This document shows, piece after piece, positions 1 through 10,500 of a stretch of DNA of 32,619 nt. Position numbers and translations under genes: made by a program. The notes under the pieces are model-generated. The model saw nothing but the letters and a program-made list of their open reading frames with translations, did not search any database and was not told the origin of the DNA. Position 1 is the first letter of the stretch, and each line of letters opens with the position of its first letter. The stretch spans positions 1 to 32,619 of IMG/VR virus record IMGVR_UViG_3300028293_000003; one strand, given 5' to 3'. This DNA is from a virus (lineage: Duplodnaviria; Caudoviricetes).

Positions 1-127
1 GTATAGCCGTTGAATCTGGCAAAAAAAAGCAAGCTTTATATCCTGCTATGGGCAGAAAGCATGTAAGTCTACTCAATGAGGTTAAGCTCGTCTTTGATTC
101 AGAGCCAAGAGCGGTATTTAAGACCAT
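1..127. repeat. Terminal overlap, exact copy of 32493-32619 (circular assembly join)
   Basis: GTATAGCCGTTGAATC...TTTAAGACCAT is identical at both ends. 127 nt is a common assembler k-mer length, and a gene reads in frame across the join. Confidence 0.97.
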
Positions 128-1679
128 TAATTACATGTATGTAGTAGATGGCACATCTGTTTATGTAATCGATGCCGCATTCAATAGAAGACAAATTGGC
201 ACAGTTCATCTTGGTACTAATATTTGGTTTGACTTTTTGCCTGTTGGTAATTTGGTTTATGCCATGATGACTGACGAGCAACATATTTATGTGATTACCG
301 AAGATGGAACTTCGGTCACTATGGGCACGGTTACCGATCCATTAGCTCCTGGAGGTTCTACCACAGGCGGCAAACCTCTCTATGTCGCTTCATTTGGTAA
401 CCGATTTGTTGTAAGCGTCAAAGATAGTCCTGATTTTTATTTGACCACTATTAATTTAACTGGTGATTTAAATACTTATTTCACTATTAATGGGGCTGCA
501 TTAAATGCGAGAGCATCTGGAATTATAGGCCAGATGGATGTCCTTCATAATACATTATATATATTTTGCGATTTCACTACGGATATTTGGTCAAATATTA
601 TCACTCAGATTACTGTTGCTGGCGTTACAAGAGAGTTTCCTTGGAAATTAAATAGCTCTTATAACTGGGACTATGGTATAGCTGATCCATTTAGTCTTTC
701 AGTGGATTTTGGTCGTATGTGTTGGCTTGCAAAAAATGCTACGGGTCTTGTGAGTTTTATGACTTCAAATGGACAGATGCCACAAGAGATTTCTACTCAA
801 GCAATTAATGTTTTGCTTCAAGGAAGCGCTCAAGATTCAAGTTTTACTAGCCCATTTATAGAAAATACTGCGAAAGGATTTCTTTACCAATATGAAAGCA
901 CGATATTTTATCGTGTATCGGCTGGTCCTTATGAAAACTTTGGCCAATTAGATGTCACTGCAGATGCTAATTGCTTGGAATATAATTTTGATACAAATAC
1001 ATGGCATCGATGCATAGAGCTAAATGGTGAAAGGAATAGGATTGAATCCCATACATATTTTGCTAATACACATTTAGTCACTGTTCAAAGCGATCCCGCC
1101 ATGTATCAGATGGCTGGAAATATTTATTACAATGAATTGAGAAATATGGCTCAGCCTGATATTCAAGCCCCAGATGCATTCCTTAAATACCCAATGCGCT
1201 ATGAAGCAATAACACAGCAAATATATGAAGAAGATTATTCTGAGTTTAAAACTCAATATGTTGAAATTGATTTCGTTTTTGGTGAACAAAGCTTCTATCA
1301 AAGCAATGCACCTTTTCTTAATACCGTCTTTGTTATTAAAGATGGAGAGCCACCTGATTCGCCAGTTTATATTGTTAGTGAAGATAATAAGTTCATCATT
1401 CAAGATGGCACTAATACGCCTACTTTCGATGATAATCATTACAACGCATTATTTAAGCCACACATTGAGCTCTACTACAGTGATGATGGGGGCGTTACGT
1501 TTATTAGCGCGGATTTGCGCCCTTTTGCTCAATTGGGCCAATATAGATGGAGAATGAGGTGGTATCAGCTAGGCGTAAGTCGAAATAGATGTTATAAATT
1601 AATATGCGTAAGTTCTGCTCCCATTGTAATTTTAGGAGGAGTACAATTAATAGAAAGAACTTCTGGAGGCGCTAATTAA
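1..1679 (+). CDS. P22 gp10-like tail hub / packaged DNA stabilization protein (3' part; the gene starts at GTG 32405, about 588 aa in total)
   Basis: The frame is open from 32405 across the join into the ATG at 48. Beta-rich sequence, C-terminal 'IELYYSDDGGVTF...LGQYRWRMRWYQLG...R.YKL' typical of gp10-like hubs, and it follows the adaptor gene. Confidence 0.85.
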   Translation, partial: IAVESGKKKQALYPAMGRKHVSLLNEVKLVFDSEPRAVFKTINYMYVVDGTSVYVIDAAFNRRQIGTVHLGTNIWFDFLPVGNLVYAMMTDEQHIYVITEDGTSVTMGTVTDPLAPGGSTTGGKPLYVASFGNRFVVSVKDSPDFYLTTINLTGDLNTYFTINGAALNARASGIIGQMDVLHNTLYIFCDFTTDIWSNIITQITVAGVTREFPWKLNSSYNWDYGIADPFSLSVDFGRMCWLAKNATGLVSFMTSNGQMPQEISTQAINVLLQGSAQDSSFTSPFIENTAKGFLYQYESTIFYRVSAGPYENFGQLDVTADANCLEYNFDTNTWHRCIELNGERNRIESHTYFANTHLVTVQSDPAMYQMAGNIYYNELRNMAQPDIQAPDAFLKYPMRYEAITQQIYEEDYSEFKTQYVEIDFVFGEQSFYQSNAPFLNTVFVIKDGEPPDSPVYIVSEDNKFIIQDGTNTPTFDDNHYNALFKPHIELYYSDDGGVTFISADLRPFAQLGQYRWRMRWYQLGVSRNRCYKLICVSSAPIVILGGVQLIERTSGGAN

Positions 1680-1972
1680 TGAGTTTCTTTTTAGACAGAA
1701 TTGATTCGGTTCCAGGACAGAATGAAGACTTTTCTTTTGAATTTAGCTCATGGCTTGCAGTTTTAGTTGACACATTAAACGAAAATCTGCTCGACTTAGA
1801 GCGCATTGTAAATTTATTTACCAGCCAAAGTTATACGGCAGCAGAAATTGCTCAAATGTTTACAGATGGCGACTTAGAAAATGGTATATTTTTATACGAT
1901 ACTGATAATAATGTATATGTTGGAATGCAAAGCGGTGCATTAGTCAAATTCACAACATCAGCTTATCCATAG
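1679..1972 (+). CDS. Small virion protein (position of P22 gp26 tail needle)
   Basis: TAATG coupling to the hub gene. The functional call is from gene order only. Confidence 0.5.
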   Translation: MSFFLDRIDSVPGQNEDFSFEFSSWLAVLVDTLNENLLDLERIVNLFTSQSYTAAEIAQMFTDGDLENGIFLYDTDNNVYVGMQSGALVKFTTSAYP

Positions 1973-1982
1973 GGAGATTGTA

Positions 1983-2639
1983 ATGAGTTGGTTATCAAAT
2001 TTTCTTCATCCTGATCGCGGCTATAAGAAAGCTCAAGAGCAATTAGATAAATATTATGCTCAAAGCCAAGGATATTTAGAACCTTACAATCAATATGGTC
2101 AAAATGCCTATGGAAGCATAAATAGTGCAATGAATTCATTGCTCAATCCCGAAGAACTTCAAAATAAATGGATAGAAGGCTATGCAGAATCACCAGCGGC
2201 AAAACAGGCAGAGGCGCTTGCTCAAGAACATGGTCTTGATGCTGCTTCTGGTTTGGGGCTTATGGGTTCTAACACTGCTTTGGATGCAATACAATCTGGA
2301 GCAACCCAAATTGGACTTAATGATAGACAAAACTATCTTGATAACTTAATGCAAAAATATCTGGCAGGTGTTGGAATTGGTCAAGATATATTTGGGAAAG
2401 GTGCTAATTCTGCTAATCAAATGAGCAATAATGCTATGAACATGGCACAAAATGCTGCTCAAATGGCCTATGGAAGGCAAAATGCTGGCGGGGATTTGTT
2501 TAGCAAATTACTAGGTGGCGGAATTGGATTATTAGGAAGTGCTTTAGGCGGCCCTATTGGTGGCGCAATAGGAGGAGCTATAGGTCAGAATATGGGATGG
2601 TCACCAACAGGAACTTATAATCCTTATGGAGGTCGATAA
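1983..2639 (+). CDS. DNA ejection/transfer protein, P22 gp7-like
   Basis: GGGAG SD; Gly/Ala/Gln/Asn-rich; 'LEPYNQYGQNA' segment; Gly-rich hydrophobic C-terminus (GGGIGLLGSALGGPIGGAIGG); lies after the tail genes. Confidence 0.7.
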   Translation: MSWLSNFLHPDRGYKKAQEQLDKYYAQSQGYLEPYNQYGQNAYGSINSAMNSLLNPEELQNKWIEGYAESPAAKQAEALAQEHGLDAASGLGLMGSNTALDAIQSGATQIGLNDRQNYLDNLMQKYLAGVGIGQDIFGKGANSANQMSNNAMNMAQNAAQMAYGRQNAGGDLFSKLLGGGIGLLGSALGGPIGGAIGGAIGQNMGWSPTGTYNPYGGR

Positions 2640-3745
2640 TGGCTTTAAATATCCCAATGCCTGGATTGCCTGGGACAGGATTTTTAGAAGGATTAAATTC
2701 AGGTTCTTCGATGTTTACAAGAATGATAGAGCCGCAATTGCAGCGTGAACGACAAAGGCAATTAGCTGAACAATTTAATCAAGAAATGGCATTAAGAAAA
2801 GCGCAATTAGCGCGCTCTAATGCAAATTCAGATTTGCAACGTGCTCTATTACAACAACAAATAGAACATGCCAAAAATATTAATGATCCAATGTATAAAA
2901 TTAATCAGTTTAGAAGAATTCAAAGTCTACTATCAGGAAATCCTGATATGAATCAAGGAGGGATGCTGCATGACCAAATGCCTATGAATGCAATAGGACA
3001 AGGTATGGGAGCATTTCCTTCTGAAAGACCCGAAGAACAAGTATCATTACCAACAGAAAATAAAGAAATTCCTCAAAATATGACGATAGATTCACTAAAG
3101 AAAAATCCACTGTTAAGAGGTTATTTCAGGTCTCAATTTGGTTTCGATCCATTATCAGAAACACCAGAACAAAAGAGAGCAGCTGAATTCCAACAACAAA
3201 TAGATTTAGAAAATCTTAAGACAGAAAATAAATCACGAGAAGCAAAAAATAAAGAAATAATGGCTGTTAATAAAGACTTGCCAACTCTAGAAAAGTCATT
3301 GAAAGGTGTAGACCAGCTCATAAAGATTGCTGAAAATAATCCTGATATGTTTGGTCATGGATTTTTGCCAGAGAGATATGCAAAGACTACCAAAAATAAG
3401 AATTTTGGTACTTGGCAAAACTTAATCTCAGATGCAATTGCAGGTTTAGAGCAAAAATTGTCAGCCAGAGGTAACATTGTTGCATTAAAGATGGCTGCTC
3501 AATTAAAGCCAAGCCATGCTGAACAACAGCCTGTAGCAATTGGAAAGCTTGAATCCATGCGAAGTCAGTTAATAGACTCAATTAATCATTCAAGAGAATT
3601 GCTTGGTAAGAAGCCTTTGGAAAATAAACTTGAGAGTCAGGCAGCTACAAAAAAATACAATGATAATGATTTGGTAATAGTGGAAGGACCAAATGGTCAA
3701 GAAACTATGACATATGCTCAAGCAAAAGCACTGGGAGCTCAATAA
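2639..3745 (+). CDS. Probable ejection (internal virion) protein, gp20-like position
   Basis: TAATG-coupled, Gln-rich and helical/coiled-coil; gene order as in P22-like phages. Confidence 0.55.
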   Translation: MALNIPMPGLPGTGFLEGLNSGSSMFTRMIEPQLQRERQRQLAEQFNQEMALRKAQLARSNANSDLQRALLQQQIEHAKNINDPMYKINQFRRIQSLLSGNPDMNQGGMLHDQMPMNAIGQGMGAFPSERPEEQVSLPTENKEIPQNMTIDSLKKNPLLRGYFRSQFGFDPLSETPEQKRAAEFQQQIDLENLKTENKSREAKNKEIMAVNKDLPTLEKSLKGVDQLIKIAENNPDMFGHGFLPERYAKTTKNKNFGTWQNLISDAIAGLEQKLSARGNIVALKMAAQLKPSHAEQQPVAIGKLESMRSQLIDSINHSRELLGKKPLENKLESQAATKKYNDNDLVIVEGPNGQETMTYAQAKALGAQ

Positions 3746-4941
3746 TGGCAGGATATAGAATCTTAGGATTAGCCAATCAGCAGCAACCTATTCAAAATCA
3801 ATCATATAAAATTAGAGGTTTATCTCCTGAGCCAATTCAGGAAGAAAGACCAGGAATTATGAGTATTCCAGGAGACATTGGGAATGCCGGTCTAAATCTA
3901 TTAATGGCTGCTGGTGAGAAGGGAATGCAATTACCTGATGAATTCTCTGAAGCAAGTCAAGCCATTTCAGAACATCCCATTAAAGGCGCTGCAAGGGCTG
4001 GTGGTGGCATTATGTCTGGTTTACTAGAAGGGGCAAAGGGCCTTTATAACTTGCCTCTAAATGTTAATACCTACCTTGGTTCTAAAGGAATATTTCCATT
4101 CAATCAAACAATGGGCTTGGCTGAAAAGTTAAAGATAGGTGATACAGGATTAAAAAAAGCTGTCTTAGGTGAGCCCCAAAAAGGTGATGTATTATTTGAA
4201 GATATAGGTGCGATTGCTCCAATGTTTTTAGCCCCAGAATCATTAACTGGTAAAATACCAGCTGTATCTGCTAAAGGCATCATGAAGTCTATTTCTAAAG
4301 AAAAAGCAAAACAATATGGTATTGCAAAAGCTGATTATAGGAATTTATTTGATGAAGCTGAATCAATGGGACTTCTTCATGCCAAGCCAAATAAAGAAAT
4401 AATGTCCAATCAAGCGAGTATCATTAAGAATTCACAGCCTAAGTATCATACTGCATTAAAAGAATATTTGAATTTCCCAACTATTGAAAATGCTCATTGG
4501 GCGCAAAGTGAATTAGGGGCATTAGAGCGATACTTTAATAAAATAGACCAGAAAGCTGGGCTTACTCCTACTCAATTAAAAACATTGAAGGCGGTTCAGG
4601 AAACAAGAAATGGAATCAAGAAGTCGATGTTTTCTAATAACTCTCTTGGAAAGAATCCTGGTCTTGCTATGAAGTACGAAGACTTGGCCAATAAGTATAA
4701 AGAAAATGTCATTCCTTATACATCTTTAGAGCCGTTGTCAGCTTATGAAGCAAATAGATTGCGTCCAAATAAGGCCATCCAAAAGCTTCTAAACAATGAA
4801 GAATTTAGAGTTAATTTAGCCAGAAAATATCCAGGAGTTTATTTAAAAACTCCTACTGCTAAAAAAATAAAATATGGTGCTTTAGGTGCAACTGGATTAT
4901 TTGGATTAAATGAATTAAAAAATTTAATTGAGGGACGCTAA
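3745..4941 (+). CDS. Probable ejection (internal virion) protein, gp16-like position
   Basis: TAATG-coupled; Gly/Ala-rich amphipathic segments with a helical basic C-half; third gene of the trio. Confidence 0.55.
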   Translation: MAGYRILGLANQQQPIQNQSYKIRGLSPEPIQEERPGIMSIPGDIGNAGLNLLMAAGEKGMQLPDEFSEASQAISEHPIKGAARAGGGIMSGLLEGAKGLYNLPLNVNTYLGSKGIFPFNQTMGLAEKLKIGDTGLKKAVLGEPQKGDVLFEDIGAIAPMFLAPESLTGKIPAVSAKGIMKSISKEKAKQYGIAKADYRNLFDEAESMGLLHAKPNKEIMSNQASIIKNSQPKYHTALKEYLNFPTIENAHWAQSELGALERYFNKIDQKAGLTPTQLKTLKAVQETRNGIKKSMFSNNSLGKNPGLAMKYEDLANKYKENVIPYTSLEPLSAYEANRLRPNKAIQKLLNNEEFRVNLARKYPGVYLKTPTAKKIKYGALGATGLFGLNELKNLIEGR

Positions 4942-4991
4942 ATTTCAGTTAAGATAACAAATATAAGTGTTATGAAAAATAAAATTATCAT
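4938..4991 (-). CDS. 17-aa hydrophobic membrane peptide MIILFFITLIFVILTEI (not in ORF track)
   Basis: ATG at 4991, AGGAG SD 6 nt upstream (4998-5002), TAG overlapping the stop of the convergent gene, and a promoter directly upstream. Confidence 0.6.
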   Translation of the reverse strand: MIILFFITLIFVILTEI

Positions 4992-5015
4992 TTACAACTC
5001 CTGAAAAGATTTTGA

Positions 5016-5051
5016 TACAAGTATTGTAATATACAGATGGACAAAAAACAA
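5016..5051 (-). promoter_or_regulatory. Leftward sigma70-like promoter TTGTTT-17-TACAAT overlapped by the palindrome TACAA-GTA-TTGTA
   Basis: -35 at 5051-5046, -10 at 5028-5023, palindrome at 5016-5028. Confidence 0.55.
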
Positions 5052-5072
5052 GCATATTATTAAGGATGACAA

Positions 5073-7196
5073 ATGGCTGATACTTTTGTAAGAGGAAGCA
5101 ATCCCGTCTGGTTATTTGCAGACCTTACTGGACACTTATTTGATGACACTTACTACATGTTTGTGCTTGAAAATACGATACCTTATATTCCTGCAACTGT
5201 TTATACAACTGTTTCTGGGATTCCCTGGAATAACCCAATTCAATTTTTGGCTAATGGTACATTGCCAGTTGATATATTTTGGGACCCAACCGTTGTTTAT
5301 CGTCTTGAGTTTAGAAAAGGCCCAACACAATCTGACCCATTAATTTATTTGGTTGAGAACTATTCTCCAGGAAGCAGCGGCAACGTTCCTATCGATACAT
5401 CAGCGATTGCTACTGATAACCAGATTACTAATCCTCAATTTTCATTAATAAGTTTTAATTCGCCTTATTCTGCCACTACGATTACGGATCCTGAACCAAT
5501 TGAAGTTGCTCCAGGCTGGTTTTTAAATTTAACTGGCACTGGAAATGTGGCGCTTGAACGTTTAGCCATAACAAGCACATTAGACAATCCTTCTAATGCA
5601 CCTTATGCATTACGTATTACGATATCTGGAAGTTGGACAGGAACGCCATATCTGTCTCAAAGATTTAATCAAAACGGCATATTATGGTCTACTTTTAATC
5701 AGCCACGATATGTTGCAAGCTCAATAACTGCAAGAATACAAGGTTCCCCACAAGAAATCTCAGCGCAATTGTATGATTCTATGGGAACGCCTTTAACTAC
5801 GGTTTTGAGTTCTACGGTAATTACAGATACATTTAATGAATACAATGACCATGGATTAATGCCTGCATCAACTAATACTGATACTCCTCCTGACGCATGG
5901 ATTGAATATCGATTATTTTTACCAACGACCGTTGATATATATGTAACCAGTTTACAGTTGGTCACTTCTAGTACAATAAACAATTTCGAATACATTCAAG
6001 ATACAATTGAAAGACAACAAGATTATACTTTCCATTACTATCGCGATTCTTTATTACGACAACAGAAAGAAAGCGTTTTAACTGGATGGGATTTTGCACT
6101 TAATCCATGGCAATTCTATCCTGTTACCACAACGAATTTGGCGACATTCGGCTATGTTGCTGATCAAACAATATTGGTTCAACAAAAATATGTGGCAAGT
6201 GCTGCAGGAAATAATATTTCTACAGAAAGAGCTTCATATGCAAATAATTATGGATTCCAAGTCAATGCAGTAACAGCAGACAATCAATTTGCGATGATTC
6301 AATACATTGACCCAGCAACGATTAGAGGCGGATGGGGTAAAGTATTTTCCAGTTTAGTAAAGCTTGTTGCACAATTGCAAAATGACGCTCTGAATCTTCA
6401 AGTGAAAATGAGATTAATTTATAGCCAGAATCTTCCTGCTTCATTATCACAAACAGAACCAATTTTATCATGGGCAGCAAATGGAGAGCCTGTATTTTCT
6501 GCTGATTGGACAACTATTATCTCTCAAAATGACCCAGTCTATATAATATCAGATGGAGCAAACACGCTTACATTTGAAGGATTTAATTTGCCTGCTGCTA
6601 CCAGTTCAGATATGACATTAGGCATTGTTATATACACTTTAAAATCTATGGTGGAGACTGGTACTCCAGACCATATTATCTTTGATAAAGTTTCACTTGT
6701 ACAAAATGATTTTGCTATTGATACGCCTTCTCTTACTTATGATGAGACTTTGAAAAGATGTCATTATTATTATGAGACTAGCTTTAATCCTGGAACGGCG
6801 ACTCTTACAACAGGTCCTCAACAAGCAAGTCAAATAAGTGCGGTCTATGCACCCATGAATGCGTTTTTCAATCAAGGCGCTACGCAAATGTCTTGTGTTC
6901 CAAATGGATTTGGGCTGCAATATAAAGTAATTAAGCGAGTAAATCCCACACTCAATTTTTATTCTGGGGCATCAACTACATCTGATCGGGTTTTTGCTTT
7001 TCTTAATGCTTCTACTCCTACATCTGGAGAAGTACAATTATCTTCTTTTTTTACTACATTTGGTGCAGATGGTTTACAAGGGTTCTCATGGCAAGGAACT
7101 GCATTAAGTACAATGATTGGCCCTGCATTTTCTACAGCCGCTGGGTCTGCTGGCATACTTTATCATTATACAGCTGACTCAAGAATGGGATTATAA
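5073..7196 (+). CDS. Tail spike/fibre, receptor-binding protein (707 aa)
   Basis: N-terminal virion-anchor-like 'NPIQFLANGTLPVDIFWD...YRL'; two beta-sandwich-like blocks starting 'NQITNPQF' and 'VLTGWDF'; 'ETLKRCHYYYETSF' resembles the 'ELALCQRYY' motif of phage fibres; P22 gene-9 position. Confidence 0.65.
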   Translation: MADTFVRGSNPVWLFADLTGHLFDDTYYMFVLENTIPYIPATVYTTVSGIPWNNPIQFLANGTLPVDIFWDPTVVYRLEFRKGPTQSDPLIYLVENYSPGSSGNVPIDTSAIATDNQITNPQFSLISFNSPYSATTITDPEPIEVAPGWFLNLTGTGNVALERLAITSTLDNPSNAPYALRITISGSWTGTPYLSQRFNQNGILWSTFNQPRYVASSITARIQGSPQEISAQLYDSMGTPLTTVLSSTVITDTFNEYNDHGLMPASTNTDTPPDAWIEYRLFLPTTVDIYVTSLQLVTSSTINNFEYIQDTIERQQDYTFHYYRDSLLRQQKESVLTGWDFALNPWQFYPVTTTNLATFGYVADQTILVQQKYVASAAGNNISTERASYANNYGFQVNAVTADNQFAMIQYIDPATIRGGWGKVFSSLVKLVAQLQNDALNLQVKMRLIYSQNLPASLSQTEPILSWAANGEPVFSADWTTIISQNDPVYIISDGANTLTFEGFNLPAATSSDMTLGIVIYTLKSMVETGTPDHIIFDKVSLVQNDFAIDTPSLTYDETLKRCHYYYETSFNPGTATLTTGPQQASQISAVYAPMNAFFNQGATQMSCVPNGFGLQYKVIKRVNPTLNFYSGASTTSDRVFAFLNASTPTSGEVQLSSFFTTFGADGLQGFSWQGTALSTMIGPAFSTAAGSAGILYHYTADSRMGL

Positions 7197-7216
7197 ATAA
7201 ACAAGGAGAATTAAAA

Positions 7217-7555
7217 GTGGCAATACAATATAATAGCAATTATCATGAAACAATTCCTTTTAGCGATACAGATTATCAAATAGGTCTTCAGGCAAATAGT
7301 GAGCAATCTTTTACTGTTCCTGGTACGGATACTACTCAATATCAAGCATTGTTTTCGTTCAATTCAACTGCAAATGTATTCGTATGTTTAAATTCTGTGC
7401 CATCTATTCCTCCTTTAGGAACAGTTGGAACTCAACAATATAACGAATTTCGACCATGTAAACGTTATGTAAAAGGCGGGGACGTGATACACTTAATTAC
7501 ACCCGACACAAGCGCTTATGTAGGAGTCTCTTTAAGACAACTACAAGGATCGTAA
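7217..7555 (+). CDS. Small beta-rich virion protein
   Basis: AAGGAG SD, GTG start, between the two fibre genes. Confidence 0.5.
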   Translation: MAIQYNSNYHETIPFSDTDYQIGLQANSEQSFTVPGTDTTQYQALFSFNSTANVFVCLNSVPSIPPLGTVGTQQYNEFRPCKRYVKGGDVIHLITPDTSAYVGVSLRQLQGS

Positions 7556-7578
7556 GCTCTCAATAGTCACAAGGATTA

Positions 7579-10500
7579 GTGATGGTCAATACTATAAAAT
7601 TCAGCGAATTTGCAAATGGTGGAGATTTATCCAACGACAAAATAACAGTGGGATTAGATTCTGGACTGACTGTAAATACCAGATATAATAATCCTTGGAC
7701 TTTTTTAGCTCCAGGAACAACGGGCGATAGACCAGCTCCAGATCCAAGTATTTATTATAGACTTAGAGTTAACACAACTTTACAAGTTTATGAATATTAC
7801 GATCCAATTACTGCTATGTGGGTTGAATTATCTGGCAGTGGAACTGGTACAGTAAATCCTGGAACGACTAACTCGGTTGCATACTATGCTTCAAATGGAA
7901 CTACAGTATCTCCTACTAATTCAGTTAATAATGCAGTTTTAGTTACTGATAATACAGGGCTTCCTTCTTTTAATACCACTTTGCCCGCAGGCTTAATCAT
8001 TCCTGGTTATGAGCCTACTATTACTCCTCAGCCATTAACCAAAACAAATGATACGAATGTAACTTTGACGCTTGGCGGAACTCCTGCCACATCTCTTTTA
8101 CAACCTGTTTCATTGACTTTAGGATGGACTGGTCAATTAGGAATCTCAAGAGGCGGTACTGGCGTAAGCTCAGTAACTACTTCTCCTACTGCCACTGCAT
8201 TTGCGGGATGGGATTCGCATAAAAACTTCTCTGCAAATTCATTTATTGTTGGCTATACAACTACTGCAACAAGCGGTGGAACTACAACTTTGACAGTTGA
8301 TGACACACAACAACAATATTTTACTGGATCAACTACTCATACATTAGTATTGCCTGTTGTATCAACATTAGTTTTAGGACAAACATTTTTAGTTGTCAAT
8401 AATTCAACTGGCGATGTAACGGTTCAGTCATCTGGATTGAATGATATTCAGATTATGAGTTCGAACACTAATGCAATTTATACTGTGATTTCAACTTCAG
8501 GAACCACTGCAGCATCTTGGGATACAAACTATACATTTGATGCTGTAGGCGTAACATCGATTACGGGAACTGCTAATCAAGTTATAGCCTCCGCACCTGT
8601 TGGGAATGTGATTTTAAGCCTTCCACAATCTATAGCGACAACAAGCAGTCCTACTTTTTCAAACTTAACTTTATCAAATCCACTGGGCGTTGCTGATGGC
8701 GGAACAGGATTGTCTACAATAACTGCACAGCAATTATTATATGGTCAATCCACAGGTATTATTGGGCAATTAAGCTCGGGTAATAATTCAATCTTAGTGA
8801 CTGATGGAAGCGGTAATCCATTTTTTAGTACAACATTACCATCAGGAATTTCTATAACCGGACATCCTTTAACAAAAGTAGATGATACCAACGTCACTTT
8901 AACATTAGGCGGAAATCCGTCTACAGCACTTCTGCAAGCAACATCTATCACAGCAGGCTGGACCGGAACACTTAGCGGAGCACGTGGGGGTACCGGAGTT
9001 GCTAATACTGGATTAACTATTGATTTAAGTAGTGCAACTGCAGGCTATGTATTAACTGCTGATGCATTCGGTAATGCGACATGGCAAATAGCATCTGGAA
9101 CAGGTTCAGTAACAACGATAGATGGTGATACAGGAAGTGCAACCCCGACTCTTGGGGTGGTTACAATTTCAGGTGCCGGAACAGGATTAACAACCTCTGG
9201 AAGCGGTAGCACTTTATCTTTAGGTGGCGTGTTATCTTTAGCAAATGGCGGAACAAACCATAATTTATTAGCCAATGCTGGAGGTATAGTTTGGTCAGAT
9301 GCATCAAAATTAAACATTCTTGCAGGTACTTCTACTGCTAATCAATTGCTTCTTTCAGGAAATGCTGCCACTCCTGTATGGTCTACAAGTACTTATCCAA
9401 CAACAAATGCTATTAATACTTTATTGTATGCAAGCAGTGCTAATACTATGGCTGCATTGGCTACAGCAATAGATGGTGTGTTGATTACGTCTCATACAGG
9501 CGTTCCATCTTGGCTTGCTAATAGTGGAACTCCAGGTTTCGTATTAACGGCAAATAGTGGTGCTCCTCCATCTTGGCAATCCGCATCTGCAAGCGGCGCT
9601 ATTACAACAATTAATGGTGATTCTGGTAGTGCAACGCCAACGGCTGGCGCTGTTACAGTATCTGGAGGAACGACAGGATTAACAACAAGTGGATCAAGTT
9701 CAACTTTAAACTTAACTGGAACATTGAAATTAATAAATGGCGGTACCAATGCTGCCTTGACTGCAAGCAATGGAGGAATATTTTATTCCACTGCAACAGC
9801 TGGGGCTATATTGTCTGGTACAGCTACCGCTAACCAAGTATTACTTTCAGGTTCTAGTACAGCTCCGGCTTGGTCAACAGCTACTTATCCTGCAACAACT
9901 ACAATTAACCAAGTATTATATAGCTCATCCGCGAATGTTATTGCAGGAATATCATCTGTAAATAATGCGGTAATGATAACTTCTGCTGGCGGTGTGCCAT
10001 CTTTTGCAACAACACTTCCTTCAGGTCTAACTATACCTGGTTACCAAACAACAATAACTCCAGCTGCTTTAACGAAAACTGATGATACGAACATAACATT
10101 GACTCTTGGAGGCACGCCTGCTTCTGCACTCTTGGCTGCTACATCCATTACTGCTGGCTGGACTGGTACTTTAGCTGTATCTCGAGGAGGAATAGGCTCT
10201 GGTTCAGCAACAGCATATGCTGTTATCTGCGGAGGAACAACAAGCACAGGAGCATTACAATCTGTAGCTAGTGTGGGTACTTCAGGGCAGGTTTTAACAT
10301 CCAATGGCGCTGGAGCTTTGCCTACATTTCAAGATCCTTCAGCAGGAAGTTTTACAATTACAACACAAGTTTTTACTTCAGGCTCAGGAACATATACTCC
10401 TACCGCAGGAACACAGTATGTATGGGTAAGAGCTGTTGCAGGAGGCGGTCAAGGTGGTGGCTGTACTTCAGCAACTGCACAGGTCAATGCTGGTAGTGGG

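Noticed and set aside
1-127. Biological direct terminal repeat
   Set aside because: Its length matches a standard assembler k-mer and it falls in the middle of a gene; it is best explained as a circularisation overlap.
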